Position numbers and translations under genes: made by a program
Notes under the pieces: generated by a model
Database searches by the model: none
What the model was told of the DNA's origin: nothing
Seen by the model: the letters and a program-made list of their open reading frames with translations, nothing else
Part shown: in pieces, positions 1 through 9,340 of the stretch
How the letters are laid out: each line of letters opens with the position of its first letter
How positions within the stretch are numbered: the stretch's first letter is position 1
IMG/VR virus record: IMGVR_UViG_3300022670_000050
Coordinates: 1-27,628 of that record
Strand: one strand, 5' to 3'
Length of the DNA stretch: 27,628 nucleotides
From: a virus
Lineage: Duplodnaviria > Caudoviricetes

Positions 1-1
1 C

Positions 2-235
2 GATACCCCAGTAATTACAGGCGGTCAAACTGTAAGAGGTAGCGTTGATAGTGGTAGTCAAATAAACGCGGCCGCATCTGAAGAGGTTGGCGCAGCTAGT
101 ACGGTAATGTCATGGAGTATACCCACATCAGGCGTAGGCAGATTACAATCAGGCGTACCTCTCAAAGGCGTTAGCGGGGGTGGTGGTGGCTTTCAAGCTG
201 CATGGGCTATCAATTCAAATATTGTGATACAATAA
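2..235 (+). CDS. 3' end of a putative virion-associated protein (truncated by window edge)
   Basis: Open frame read by hand from base 2 to TAA at 233-235: ...STVMSWSIPTSGVGRLQSGVPLKGVSGGGGGFQAAWAINSNIVIQ*. Gly/Ser/Thr-rich, with a Gly linker before a short C-terminal peptide. Confidence 0.7.
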   Translation, partial: DTPVITGGQTVRGSVDSGSQINAAASEEVGAASTVMSWSIPTSGVGRLQSGVPLKGVSGGGGGFQAAWAINSNIVIQ

Positions 236-259
236 ACAAAACTTTAACGGGCTAGTAAA

Positions 260-1069
260 ATGAAAAAGAATGTAGCATCACAATCAATAGGCGCTGAAAT
301 GATAACAGCAGCAGATGGCACGGCCTTTACTGGCTCGGTGTCTGTCTTGGTTACTAAGGATAACGGAACTCAAACGGCAGGCGGCGCAACAGCCCCAGCA
401 CATGAGGGTAACGGTTATCATAGTTATTCGCCGACACAGGCAGAAACTAATGCCGATCACATAGCTTTTACATTTACTGGTACTGGCGCAATACCAGTAA
501 CAATTCAATTATTTACTAGTTTCCCTCAAACTGTAGATAACGATACTAAAATATCATTAATTCCAACTACGGCAATGAGAGGGACAGATTCGGCAGCGCT
601 GGCGACAAGCCTAGCTACAGTTGATTCAAATGTTGACGCTATCTTAATAGATACTAGCGACCTACAAACAAATCAAGGCGATTGGTTGACGGCTACAGGC
701 TTTAACACCGTTGTACCTCCTTCAGTCGCACAATTTAATGCTAGAACAGTCGTTAGTTCCGATTACTTCCTGGTAACTGATTACACAGCACCAGATAATG
801 CAGGAATCACACAAGCACAAGTTGATATAGCGGCGCTTAATGATATTTCAGTTAGTCAGATATTGACCACTCAAATGACAGAGAGTTACGCTGCTGATGG
901 AATAGCGCCAACACTCGCACAAAGCTTATTCTTAACAATGCAAAACTTACAAGATTATACGTATGTAGGAACAGTCCAAACAGTTAAGAAATTAGACGGA
1001 AGTGCAACGGCAGCAACTTACACCTTAGATGATGCAGTTAACCCAACAAGCAAGACTAGAGCAACATAA
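260..1069 (+). CDS. Putative virion structural/fibre-like protein (269 aa)
   Basis: Thr/Ala/Gly-rich. Beta-rich N-terminal part, heptad-like middle (AALATSLATVDSNVDAILIDT) and compact C-terminus. Translationally coupled to the next gene. Confidence 0.55.
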   Translation: MKKNVASQSIGAEMITAADGTAFTGSVSVLVTKDNGTQTAGGATAPAHEGNGYHSYSPTQAETNADHIAFTFTGTGAIPVTIQLFTSFPQTVDNDTKISLIPTTAMRGTDSAALATSLATVDSNVDAILIDTSDLQTNQGDWLTATGFNTVVPPSVAQFNARTVVSSDYFLVTDYTAPDNAGITQAQVDIAALNDISVSQILTTQMTESYAADGIAPTLAQSLFLTMQNLQDYTYVGTVQTVKKLDGSATAATYTLDDAVNPTSKTRAT

Positions 1070-1281
1070 TGACTATCGCTAGATTAGTAACAAGGGGATT
1101 CGGCAACGGAACCCTGCTAGGTACGATTAAAGACTTGGTAACAATGGGTTATGATATATCGACTTTCATACCTCCAACAGTTCCAGTTAGTAACGGGCTA
1201 GTAGGTAATCAATCAACAGGCAATGGCATAGTGTCAAATCAATCAGCAAGCTCAAGTCTGACAGGTAGAGGAAGATTATAG
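1069..1281 (+). CDS. Small hypothetical protein, probably structural (70 aa)
   Basis: TAATG overlap with the upstream stop. N-terminal LVTRGFG motif and S/G/N-rich tail. Confidence 0.6.
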   Translation: MTIARLVTRGFGNGTLLGTIKDLVTMGYDISTFIPPTVPVSNGLVGNQSTGNGIVSNQSASSSLTGRGRL

Positions 1282-1596
1282 ATGGGTAATTTAAATTTCA
1301 ATGAAATAGGACAGCCAATAAGAATTAATCTAGGTGAGGATATTAGTTTATCAACTCCTACTTTAATCTTATTGCCTGAAGTGGGTAATCAGAAAAACAT
1401 AACTGTTGGCGTGACCATTCCTAATTCTGATGTAACGGTAGGTGATGAGACATTACTTGCTGGTGAGTATGTAGAATACTTCACGAAAGATAAAGACTTG
1501 GATTATGTAGGCAGATGGAAGTTTAAAGCTAAACTAGAGTTTTCATCAACGGATATTAGACAGACAGACTATCAAAAGTTTAGGGTGTTGTCATGA
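1282..1596 (+). CDS. Hypothetical beta-sandwich (BppU-N/Ig-like) structural protein (104 aa)
   Basis: Alternating beta pattern and YFTKDKDLDYVGRWKFKAKLEF segment recall Ig-like phage adaptor domains. ATGA overlap with terS. Confidence 0.5.
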   Translation: MGNLNFNEIGQPIRINLGEDISLSTPTLILLPEVGNQKNITVGVTIPNSDVTVGDETLLAGEYVEYFTKDKDLDYVGRWKFKAKLEFSSTDIRQTDYQKFRVLS

Positions 1597-2015
1597 GTGA
1601 TACAGGTAGACCAACAGACTATACAGAAGAGATTGCAAATAAGATTTGTGACTTGTTTGCTATGGGTAATTCAATGCGACAAGTGTGCCTTGAAGATGGC
1701 ATGCCTGTACCATCAACAATCTATTTATGGTTAAGTAAACACAGAGAGTTCTCGGATAAGTACGTGTGCGCGAAAGCTGATGGACAAGAGTGTTTGGTTG
1801 ATGAGTTATCAGAAATAGCCGACAAAGTATTAACTGGAGCTTACGAACCTAATCAAGCAAGAGTAGCGGCAGACATTAAGAAGTGGCACATCACAAAACT
1901 AGCTCCTAAAAAGTATGGTGACAAGCAATTCATCGAAACTAAAGATACCACGCAAGAAATAACCGATGAAGATCTGAACGCTAAGATTTTAGAGTTAATG
2001 GAAAAGCTCAAGTAA
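1593..2015 (+). CDS. terS: Terminase small subunit (Sf6 gp1-like)
   Basis: GRPTDYTEEIANKIC...G.SMRQVC...GMP..STIYLWL HTH motif and APKKYGD motif. Directly upstream of terL. Confidence 0.92.
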   Translation: MSDTGRPTDYTEEIANKICDLFAMGNSMRQVCLEDGMPVPSTIYLWLSKHREFSDKYVCAKADGQECLVDELSEIADKVLTGAYEPNQARVAADIKKWHITKLAPKKYGDKQFIETKDTTQEITDEDLNAKILELMEKLK

Positions 2016-3451
2016 TGCTTGCTGAAATGGCTAGAGCCGACAAAGTAAATCTTTTAGCTATGCTATCTGAAAAAGTTAGGCGCTCTGAGGTTTATCGTTA
2101 TAAGAAAATGTACAACACTCTTTATGGTTGGCAGAAAGAATTTATAACGCTCACTAAAGAATTTGGCGCTGTTTGTTTATGTGCTGCTAACCGTATCGGT
2201 AAAACTTACACTGGAACTTACATAGATTCTATTCATTTGATGGGTGATTACCCTGAAGAGTGGAAAGGTCACAAATTTGATAAGCCTATACTTGCATGGT
2301 TACTCGGTTATTCAGGCGAGAAGACTAGAGATTTATTGCAGCAAGAATTATTCGGTCGTATATCTCAAGGAAAGCTTACTGGTGGGTTAATACCTCCTGA
2401 GTTAATAGTTGATTACAAGTCAATGTCCGGCACTTCTGGCGCATTACGTGAGGTAAGGGTTAAACACTCAAGCGGTGGAATTTCTACGTGTCAATTCTGG
2501 TCATACTCACAAGGGCAACATGCTTTAATGGGTGATAGTGTTGACTGGTATCATGTAGATGAAGAGCCAAGAGATCAAAGTATTTACCCTCAAATATTAA
2601 CGCGTACTGCTACGGGAGACCAAGGCAAAGGCGGTAGAGGGATATTAACCTTTACCCCTGAAAATGGCCGTACTGAATTAGTTATTAAATTTATGGACGA
2701 ACCAGGCAAGTCCCAATACTTCATGCAAAAAGGTTGGGATGATGCACCGCATTTATCAGAAGATATTAAAGAAAGTTTGCTAGATAGTTTTCCGGTCCAT
2801 CAAAGGGATATGAGAACCAAGGGTACGCCAATGTTAGGGCATGGTCGCATTTATGACTTGTCAGAATCTTTTATAACTTGTGACTCTTTTGAAATACCTA
2901 AGCATTTTTATGTTATTAACGGTGTCGATTTTGGTTGGGATCATCCACAGTCACATGTGCAATTAGTGTGGGATAGAGACCAAGGTATATTCTATGTAAC
3001 AAGGGCGTTAAAGATGCGCCAAACTTCACCGGCTGAAGCATGGGGAAGTGTTAAACAATGGGCTAAAGGCATACCGACTTCATGGCCTCTTGATGGATTG
3101 CAAACTGAAAAAGGTTCAGGCAAGCAACAGAAAGAATATTATGAGGAAGCAGGCTTTGAAATGCTATACGAGCGTGCAACATGGGAAGATGGCTCGAACG
3201 GTGTTGAAGCTGGTCTATATGAAATACGTGATTTGATGCGTAAAGGTAAGTTTAAAATATTCTCAGGCTTACGTGATGTATTCGACGAAATCCTTCAGTA
3301 TCACCGAGATGATAAAGGTAAAATTGTAAAGGTACGTGATGATTTACTTGATGCGATTCGATACGCTTATATGATGAAACGTGAATCTATACCGTATGGT
3401 GATATAATGGGTGATAACTCAACAGAAATTAACTTTCAATCGGAGTGGTAA
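2015..3451 (+). CDS. terL: Terminase large subunit (P22 gp2-like)
   Basis: Walker A AANRIGKT, Walker B YHVDEEP, coupling motif LTFTPENG, nuclease motifs GVDFGWDHP and DDLLDAIRYA. Confidence 0.97.
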   Translation: MLAEMARADKVNLLAMLSEKVRRSEVYRYKKMYNTLYGWQKEFITLTKEFGAVCLCAANRIGKTYTGTYIDSIHLMGDYPEEWKGHKFDKPILAWLLGYSGEKTRDLLQQELFGRISQGKLTGGLIPPELIVDYKSMSGTSGALREVRVKHSSGGISTCQFWSYSQGQHALMGDSVDWYHVDEEPRDQSIYPQILTRTATGDQGKGGRGILTFTPENGRTELVIKFMDEPGKSQYFMQKGWDDAPHLSEDIKESLLDSFPVHQRDMRTKGTPMLGHGRIYDLSESFITCDSFEIPKHFYVINGVDFGWDHPQSHVQLVWDRDQGIFYVTRALKMRQTSPAEAWGSVKQWAKGIPTSWPLDGLQTEKGSGKQQKEYYEEAGFEMLYERATWEDGSNGVEAGLYEIRDLMRKGKFKIFSGLRDVFDEILQYHRDDKGKIVKVRDDLLDAIRYAYMMKRESIPYGDIMGDNSTEINFQSEW

Positions 3452-5616
3452 TGGCTACCAATAAAGAGAAAATCCATACTCAAGCGGTCACACGTTTTGA
3501 GCGAGTAGAAAAGAAAGAGCGCCCTCAAAGGCGTTTAGCTGTTGAGGATATTAAATTCGCTCAAACTGAAGATGGGCAGTGGGATGAAGGCGCAAAAGAA
3601 AAGCGCAAGAATCGCCCACGGTTTACCATTAACAGAGTTGCCGGCGCTATCGATCAGCTTATTGGCGACCAACGACAAAATCGTACTGATATCAAAATCA
3701 GACCTGTTAGTGGTGGTGCTACTGAAGAAATAGCCAAGACTATGACCGGCATTATTCGTAATATTGAATCAGTCAGTAAAGCAAGTAACGCTTACGATAT
3801 TGCATTCGATGAAGTGGTTAATGGTGGCTATGGTGGCTGGAGAGTCACAACAGAATTCAACGACGATGATTCATTCGAGCAGGATATTAAGATTAAAGCC
3901 TTGAATACTGCTACAACTTCACTATGGTTTGATGATGGCTCTAAAGAGTATGATCGTCGTGATGCTATGTGGGCATTTGTTACGGTTGATATGCCAAAGG
4001 AAGAACACAAGCGCCGCTTTCCTAAAAGCCCAATGTCGAGTTGGTCACAAGAAAAATTCAGTACTTCACAATGTCAATCATGGTTTGGTGAAAATACTGT
4101 ACGTGTTGCTGAATACTGGGTTAAAACACCGGTAACTAGACAGCTAGCTTTATTATCTGATGGTCGAGTAATTGACGCAAAGGAAGAAAAAGACGTATTA
4201 GATGAATTAGCCGCGCAAAACATTACAGTTAAAAAGACTCGTTCGGTTAAATCGCACAAGGTTGAAATGTTCTTGCTTGATGGCTCTGGTATCTTAGAGG
4301 ACGCTAAGGCATGGGCTGGTAAGTTTATCCCATTAATTCCTATGTACGGTCGTCAATCACATATTGAAGGTCAAACGTATACTCGCGGCATTGTACGTTT
4401 TGCCAAAGATGCTAACCGTATTTATAACTATGCGACGAGTTCAGCTATTGAAACAGCAGCGCTAACACCTAAAGATCCGATATGGATTACAGCAGCACAA
4501 GCGAAAGGACATGAAGCACAGTTAAGAAATTTTAATACTCGTAACGACCCGTTTATGATTTACAACGCTGACACTAAAACACCAGGCGCTCCACAAAGAG
4601 GAGGAGCACCAGCAGTGCAAACAGCTTTCCTTCAGCAGATTCAACAGGCTTCAATGGATTTATACCATGTCACCGGCATGCAACCTCCTTCAATTGGCGC
4701 TAACCCTGAGTTAAAATCAGGCAAGGCTATCATTGCTCAAGAAAAGCAAGGTGATAGAGGTTCATTTATCTTCACTGACAATTTGGTTAAGTCTCAAGAG
4801 TACACCGCCGAAATACTAGTCGATTTAATACCTCGCATTTATGACACTGCAAGACAGGTTCGTATCATGCAACAAGACGGTGAAACTGAAAGCGTAGATA
4901 TCAACACAGTTAACCAAGAAGTTATCGACGAGCAAACCGGTAAACCTGTTTTAGTTAACGATTTATCTATGGGTAAATATGATGTGGTCGCAGAATCAGG
5001 ACCAGCATTTGCAACACAGCGCCAAGAGTCAGCTAATCAAATTATTGAATTGATGACACAATCGCCAGAATTCGCGGCACTATCACTTGATTTAGTTGCT
5101 AAAGACTTGCCAATACTTGAATCTAAAGAGCTAACCAAGCGCGTTAGAAAGCAGATGATAGCTCAAGGCACTATTGAACCTACTGAGCAAGAGATTGAAG
5201 ACTTAGGACTTAATGAGTCTCAACAACCTGATCCTCAGCAAGTAGCAATTACGACTAATATCGAAATGCAAACTGAGAAGATGATGAGTGACATTGAGAA
5301 GCAAGATGCTGAAACCTTGCAGATAGCAGTTAAAACACAGCAAGAAACAATCAAGAGTTATGAAACTATGATTAAAGCGTTTACTGAGCAGTTACAAGCT
5401 GGTATACCGCTAACATCAGCAGACCATAACATGAGAGTTAAGCAGCAAGATATTATCGAGGAAGGTCAACAAGCAATTGATGAAGGGCCAAACCGAGAGC
5501 AAGCAGCGAGTATTGTTCAAGGTGCCGTAACTCAAGAGCAAGCCATTGAAGGCGATACCGCTAGACGACCAGCAGTACAGCAGCCATCAGCTAGTATCGG
5601 TCAGAACAACATCTAA
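3451..5616 (+). CDS. Portal protein (P22 gp1-like) with long Gln-rich C-terminal barrel
   Basis: About 720 aa, after terL. GQW, RPRFTINR, VRVAEYW, SGKAI, IPRIYDT.R and GKYDV...GP...TQRQE motifs. ATG at 3451 overlaps the terL stop. Confidence 0.95.
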   Translation: MATNKEKIHTQAVTRFERVEKKERPQRRLAVEDIKFAQTEDGQWDEGAKEKRKNRPRFTINRVAGAIDQLIGDQRQNRTDIKIRPVSGGATEEIAKTMTGIIRNIESVSKASNAYDIAFDEVVNGGYGGWRVTTEFNDDDSFEQDIKIKALNTATTSLWFDDGSKEYDRRDAMWAFVTVDMPKEEHKRRFPKSPMSSWSQEKFSTSQCQSWFGENTVRVAEYWVKTPVTRQLALLSDGRVIDAKEEKDVLDELAAQNITVKKTRSVKSHKVEMFLLDGSGILEDAKAWAGKFIPLIPMYGRQSHIEGQTYTRGIVRFAKDANRIYNYATSSAIETAALTPKDPIWITAAQAKGHEAQLRNFNTRNDPFMIYNADTKTPGAPQRGGAPAVQTAFLQQIQQASMDLYHVTGMQPPSIGANPELKSGKAIIAQEKQGDRGSFIFTDNLVKSQEYTAEILVDLIPRIYDTARQVRIMQQDGETESVDINTVNQEVIDEQTGKPVLVNDLSMGKYDVVAESGPAFATQRQESANQIIELMTQSPEFAALSLDLVAKDLPILESKELTKRVRKQMIAQGTIEPTEQEIEDLGLNESQQPDPQQVAITTNIEMQTEKMMSDIEKQDAETLQIAVKTQQETIKSYETMIKAFTEQLQAGIPLTSADHNMRVKQQDIIEEGQQAIDEGPNREQAASIVQGAVTQEQAIEGDTARRPAVQQPSASIGQNNI

Positions 5617-5623
5617 ATAACAT

Positions 5624-5650
5624 GGGAGTTTGACAAGCTCCCTTTATTTT
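5624..5650 (+). terminator. Intrinsic terminator after portal
   Basis: GGGAGTTT-GAC-AAGCTCCC hairpin followed by TTTATTTT. Confidence 0.7.
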
Positions 5651-5658
5651 ACTATATT
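5630..5658 (+). promoter_or_regulatory. Sigma70-type promoter for the HNH cassette
   Basis: TTGACA (5630-5635), 17 bp spacer, TATATT (5653-5658). Confidence 0.75.
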
Positions 5659-5694
5659 ACTAAAACTAATTCGTGATTATAGGGTTTTATATGT

Positions 5695-6279
5695 ATGTTG
5701 ACCAAAAAGCAATTGCAAGGTGAGGTTTATTACGACAGAAATACAGGATATTTTTTTAGAATAAAGCCTAAGGGTAAGAATGTTAACTGCCCTTGCGGTA
5801 GCGTAGATAGGTTTGGTTATATATCAGTATCAATTAAAGGGAGGAACTACCCAGCGCACAAGCTAGTAATACTATACTGTTACGGATTCATGCCTTTAAA
5901 GGTGGTTGATCATTTAGATGGAAACAGAACAAACAACAAGGCGTCAAATTTAAGGGCGTGCTCACACTCTACAAACAGCAGGAATGCAACGTTAAGAAAG
6001 GACAATAAAACAGGGGTATCTGGTGCGTATGAATTGCCTTATGGGTTCTCCTTGGTTATAGGTGGGGTGTCACTTGGTACATATAAGGACATAAGAGATT
6101 TAAAGGTGGTGGCTGATGAGTATAGAAAGAATAACGGGTACGGTGATAATCACGGGGTAAAAAGAGGTCTTAGTATTTTCGACATGATTTCTGCATACAA
6201 GGTTGACGTTAAAAAATACAGAGATGGAGAGAAGTCGTATCCAGAAAATTTAAACAAGGTTAGAGGGTTTAGATCATGA
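5695..6279 (+). CDS. HNH homing endonuclease
   Basis: YDRNTG.F, GYISVSIKGRNYPAHKL, VDHLDGNRTNNKASNLR and N.TGVSG motifs of phage HNH_3 endonucleases. Confidence 0.9.
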   Translation: MLTKKQLQGEVYYDRNTGYFFRIKPKGKNVNCPCGSVDRFGYISVSIKGRNYPAHKLVILYCYGFMPLKVVDHLDGNRTNNKASNLRACSHSTNSRNATLRKDNKTGVSGAYELPYGFSLVIGGVSLGTYKDIRDLKVVADEYRKNNGYGDNHGVKRGLSIFDMISAYKVDVKKYRDGEKSYPENLNKVRGFRS

Positions 6280-6653
6280 ATAACAAAGGCAGATGGAACA
6301 AAGAAAGACTAGCCGAACAATTAAAGTTCTTTGGTGCTAAGAAATTAGGCTTTATTAGTTGTTACGCTAAGAAGCCTAGAATACTAATGACTAACACTAA
6401 GAAAGCTGATGACATGCTTTTATCTATAGGTAGAAAGCAAGCTATATCTAGGCAGGCAGTCGTTGACGCTGGTCGAATGGCACTATATCAACAGCAAACG
6501 CAAATGGGTATGCAGAACTCACAGATGGGATATATGCAAATGGCAAACATGAACATGCAACAATCAGGTCTTGGTCAAGCGTTTTGTGGTGGTCTTGGTG
6601 ACTTGGCTGGAATGAATGGATTAATTGGGAATATTGGAGGCAGGGCGCTATGA
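6276..6653 (+). CDS. Hypothetical protein with Q/M/G/N low-complexity C-terminus
   Basis: ATGA overlaps on both sides. Basic N-half, then YQQQTQMGMQNSQMGYMQMANMNMQQSGLG. Confidence 0.7.
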   Translation: MNNKGRWNKERLAEQLKFFGAKKLGFISCYAKKPRILMTNTKKADDMLLSIGRKQAISRQAVVDAGRMALYQQQTQMGMQNSQMGYMQMANMNMQQSGLGQAFCGGLGDLAGMNGLIGNIGGRAL

Positions 6654-6952
6654 ATAACACAGACAAACTACTGAGAGCTTTTATCGAGGCTAGTGGGTAT
6701 GAGATTGAAGAAAACAGCGACCGCAAAGAATTGTATAAACTAGAGGATATTGATAGAGATGGTGACCCACACATGGGTGCCACACCTGAAAGTATTATCA
6801 TAACCACTGATTACACAGTAACTAAGCGTGACTTTAAAAACAAACCAACACTACATAAAATCATTCGACAGTATGAAAAAGAAGGTATGACAGCAAGTGA
6901 AATGATTGGCCGTATAATGTTACATGAGGGTATTAGTAATGAAAACATATAA
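6650..6952 (+). CDS. Hypothetical phage protein (100 aa)
   Basis: GGAGG SD upstream and ATGA coupling. No recognised motif. Confidence 0.7.
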   Translation: MNNTDKLLRAFIEASGYEIEENSDRKELYKLEDIDRDGDPHMGATPESIIITTDYTVTKRDFKNKPTLHKIIRQYEKEGMTASEMIGRIMLHEGISNENI

Positions 6953-7133
6953 GTCAAGCGACCTAACACACAAGAGAGCAGAAGTATTAAAAGAGGCTAA
7001 AGCTAACGGTGTAATTATTCAAGAGTGTAATACTAACGGCGACGTAAGGTGTGAGTACCTATTGATAGCAAACAAACCACTGGTTAATAGTGGGCATTCA
7101 ATTCAAATGGTTAAGGATATGACAGAAAGCTAA
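6939..7133 (+). CDS. Phd/YefM-like (antitoxin-fold) small protein
   Basis: Start re-called at ATG 6939 (GAGGG SD). MKTYKSSDLTHKRAEVLKEAKANGVIIQ...EYLLI fits the beta-alpha-alpha-beta-beta Phd/YefM N-terminal pattern. Confidence 0.55.
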   Translation: MKTYKSSDLTHKRAEVLKEAKANGVIIQECNTNGDVRCEYLLIANKPLVNSGHSIQMVKDMTES

Positions 7134-7157
7134 ATAGACTAGCAAATACTACTTATC

Positions 7158-7182
7158 AAACCACTTTAACCGGTGGTTTTTT
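7158..7182 (+). terminator. Intrinsic terminator closing the HNH cassette
   Basis: AAACCAC...GTGGTTT hairpin followed by a T run. Confidence 0.8.
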
Positions 7183-7295
7183 ATTGCCAAAAATACACTA
7201 TTAGTATTTCTCGCCATTATTTAGTATAATTGACCACGAGCTTACTTCATGCTTTTAAATGAAGGCTAAAATTCTTCCTTATAGGATGCGTATAA

Positions 7296-8078
7296 ATGTC
7301 AGATGAAAAACAAGCTGCACTAGTAGATCCTTTAGATGCGTTTGTACAGGGTGATGATCAAGCCCAAGTAGAAGCAATCAAAGAAACTATACCCACGGAA
7401 TCAGCCCCCGTAGACGACGCTAAGAAACCAGAAGCGACCGAAGCCGAAAAGCCGAAAGAAGATGGTTTTCAAAAGCGAATGAACAAGATAACCAAGAAGG
7501 CAGGCGACGCAGAAAGACGCGCTGATGATTTGCAAGAGCAGCTTGATAAGTTGCAAAGAAAACCTGAACTTACAGAGCCAACACTTGAAGGGCATGATTT
7601 TGATACTGATGCGTTTAACGATGCAAGAGTGGATTATAAAATTCAAGAAGGCGTAAAGGATGGCATTAAAGCAAATTCTCAGAATGCAATCAAAGAAAAG
7701 CAACAGCTTGACGCTAAACAGTCTTATGATTTATTTGTTGAGAGTGTAAAGGCGATAGATAGCGAAGGCATGACCAAGATTGATACTTTACCAGATCTGC
7801 AAAAAGATGTTATTGACGCAATCATGCAGGCACCTAATAGTGGGGAATTAGCTTTACACCTCACAAAGAATTTAGATGCGGCTGATAAATTGGCAGCGAT
7901 GACCCCGAACGCGGCGATGATGGAGTTAGGACGTATTTCTGCACAAATGTCTATTAAACCCGAAATCAAAACAAGTGCAGCACCAGACCCGATAGAAACT
8001 CTTAATTCTGGGAGTGCTATAAATTCTGAGGTAGGCGATGAAATGCCTATTGCTGAATGGATGGCAAAGTTTGGGTAA
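7296..8078 (+). CDS. Capsid scaffolding protein
   Basis: Acidic, highly helical/coiled-coil (FQKRMNKITKK...AERRA, ELGRI, SAAPDPI). Immediately upstream of coat. Confidence 0.85.
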   Translation: MSDEKQAALVDPLDAFVQGDDQAQVEAIKETIPTESAPVDDAKKPEATEAEKPKEDGFQKRMNKITKKAGDAERRADDLQEQLDKLQRKPELTEPTLEGHDFDTDAFNDARVDYKIQEGVKDGIKANSQNAIKEKQQLDAKQSYDLFVESVKAIDSEGMTKIDTLPDLQKDVIDAIMQAPNSGELALHLTKNLDAADKLAAMTPNAAMMELGRISAQMSIKPEIKTSAAPDPIETLNSGSAINSEVGDEMPIAEWMAKFG

Positions 8079-8096
8079 GGTCTTAAAGGATAAATT

Positions 8097-9323
8097 ATGA
8101 GTAACGCATTAATTACAACCAGCGTGATTACACGCTTCGCAGTTAAAGAGTTTTTAAACAACTTACAACTAGCGGCAAAAGTCGACCGTCAATTAGATAG
8201 TCAATTCCGTAAAGTAGGCGCATCAATTGATGTACGTCGCCCTGTTATGTTCACCTCTCAGGATGGTGCTACATTAGGTTCGGCTACAGATATCGAAGAA
8301 GTAGCGGCTACAGTAACCCTTGATAAGCGTAAGCATGTACACTTTGCTATCACTTCTCAAGATTTAACATTGAAAATTGAAGACTTCAACAGTCGATACA
8401 TTCAACCAGCAATGGTCGAGTTAGCACAACAAGTTGAATCTGATATTGCCGATTCATACAAGCAAATCGGTAACTTTGTTGGTACTCCTGGCACAGCTCC
8501 TTCAACCTTCTTAGAGGTTGGCGCAGCGGCTAAGGTATTATCAAAACTTGGTACTCCAATGAATGTACGTTGGAATGCTTTTTATGATGAAGATGCTAGC
8601 CTTGCATTAGCTGATGGCCTTAAGTCTGTATTTCCTACTGAGATTGCACGTAAAGCAATTGAAGAGGCAGCTATCGGTCGTTACAGTAAGTTTATGTTAT
8701 TTGAAAACCAATCACTTAAACTTCATACTGTTGGTATTGCAACTGGTACTCCGTTAGTTAATGGCGCAGCACAAGAAACAACTTATGCAGCAAGTGGTGC
8801 GGCATGGTCACAGTCTATCATTACTGATGGCTGGACTAACTCAACAACTGATATCTTATTGGCTGGTGATGTTATTACCTTTGCTGGCGTTAACTCTGTT
8901 AACCGTCGCACCCGTGTTGATACTGGTGATTTGCAAACGTTTGTTGTTACAGCCGATGCAACCTCAGGCGCTTCAACTGGTCCAGCTACATTGACCATTT
9001 CGCCGCCTATGATTATCAGTGGCCCATACCAGACAGTAACAGCAGCACCGGCAGATGGCGCGGCTATTGTTGTTAAAACTGGTGGTGGTGGTACAAGCCA
9101 TAAACAGAATTTAGCTTTCCACCCGAATGCTATTACTCTTGCAATGGCTCCGTTAGACTTACCAAGCGAAGGCGCTTCAGCTAGTCGTGAAAGCTTTGAT
9201 AACATTTCTATTCGAACTGTTACTCAATACGCTATCGGCACTGACACCACAACTTATCGTTTCGATATCTTGTACGGCGTTAAAGCTCAAAACCCTGATT
9301 TTGCGGTTCGTACAACTTCATAA
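8097..9323 (+). CDS. Major capsid protein (P22 coat gp5 family)
   Basis: 408 aa. MSNALIT, KVG.SIDVRRP, YIQPAM.ELA, insertion domain with AGDVITFAGVNSVN, and C-terminal NLAFHPNA...RFDILYG. Confidence 0.95.
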   Translation: MSNALITTSVITRFAVKEFLNNLQLAAKVDRQLDSQFRKVGASIDVRRPVMFTSQDGATLGSATDIEEVAATVTLDKRKHVHFAITSQDLTLKIEDFNSRYIQPAMVELAQQVESDIADSYKQIGNFVGTPGTAPSTFLEVGAAAKVLSKLGTPMNVRWNAFYDEDASLALADGLKSVFPTEIARKAIEEAAIGRYSKFMLFENQSLKLHTVGIATGTPLVNGAAQETTYAASGAAWSQSIITDGWTNSTTDILLAGDVITFAGVNSVNRRTRVDTGDLQTFVVTADATSGASTGPATLTISPPMIISGPYQTVTAAPADGAAIVVKTGGGGTSHKQNLAFHPNAITLAMAPLDLPSEGASASRESFDNISIRTVTQYAIGTDTTTYRFDILYGVKAQNPDFAVRTTS

Positions 9324-9340
9324 CTTAAAAGGTGATTAAA

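Noticed and set aside
9300-9340. Programmed frameshift or read-through extending the coat protein
   Set aside because: No slippery heptamer before the TAA, and the next ORF has its own SD.
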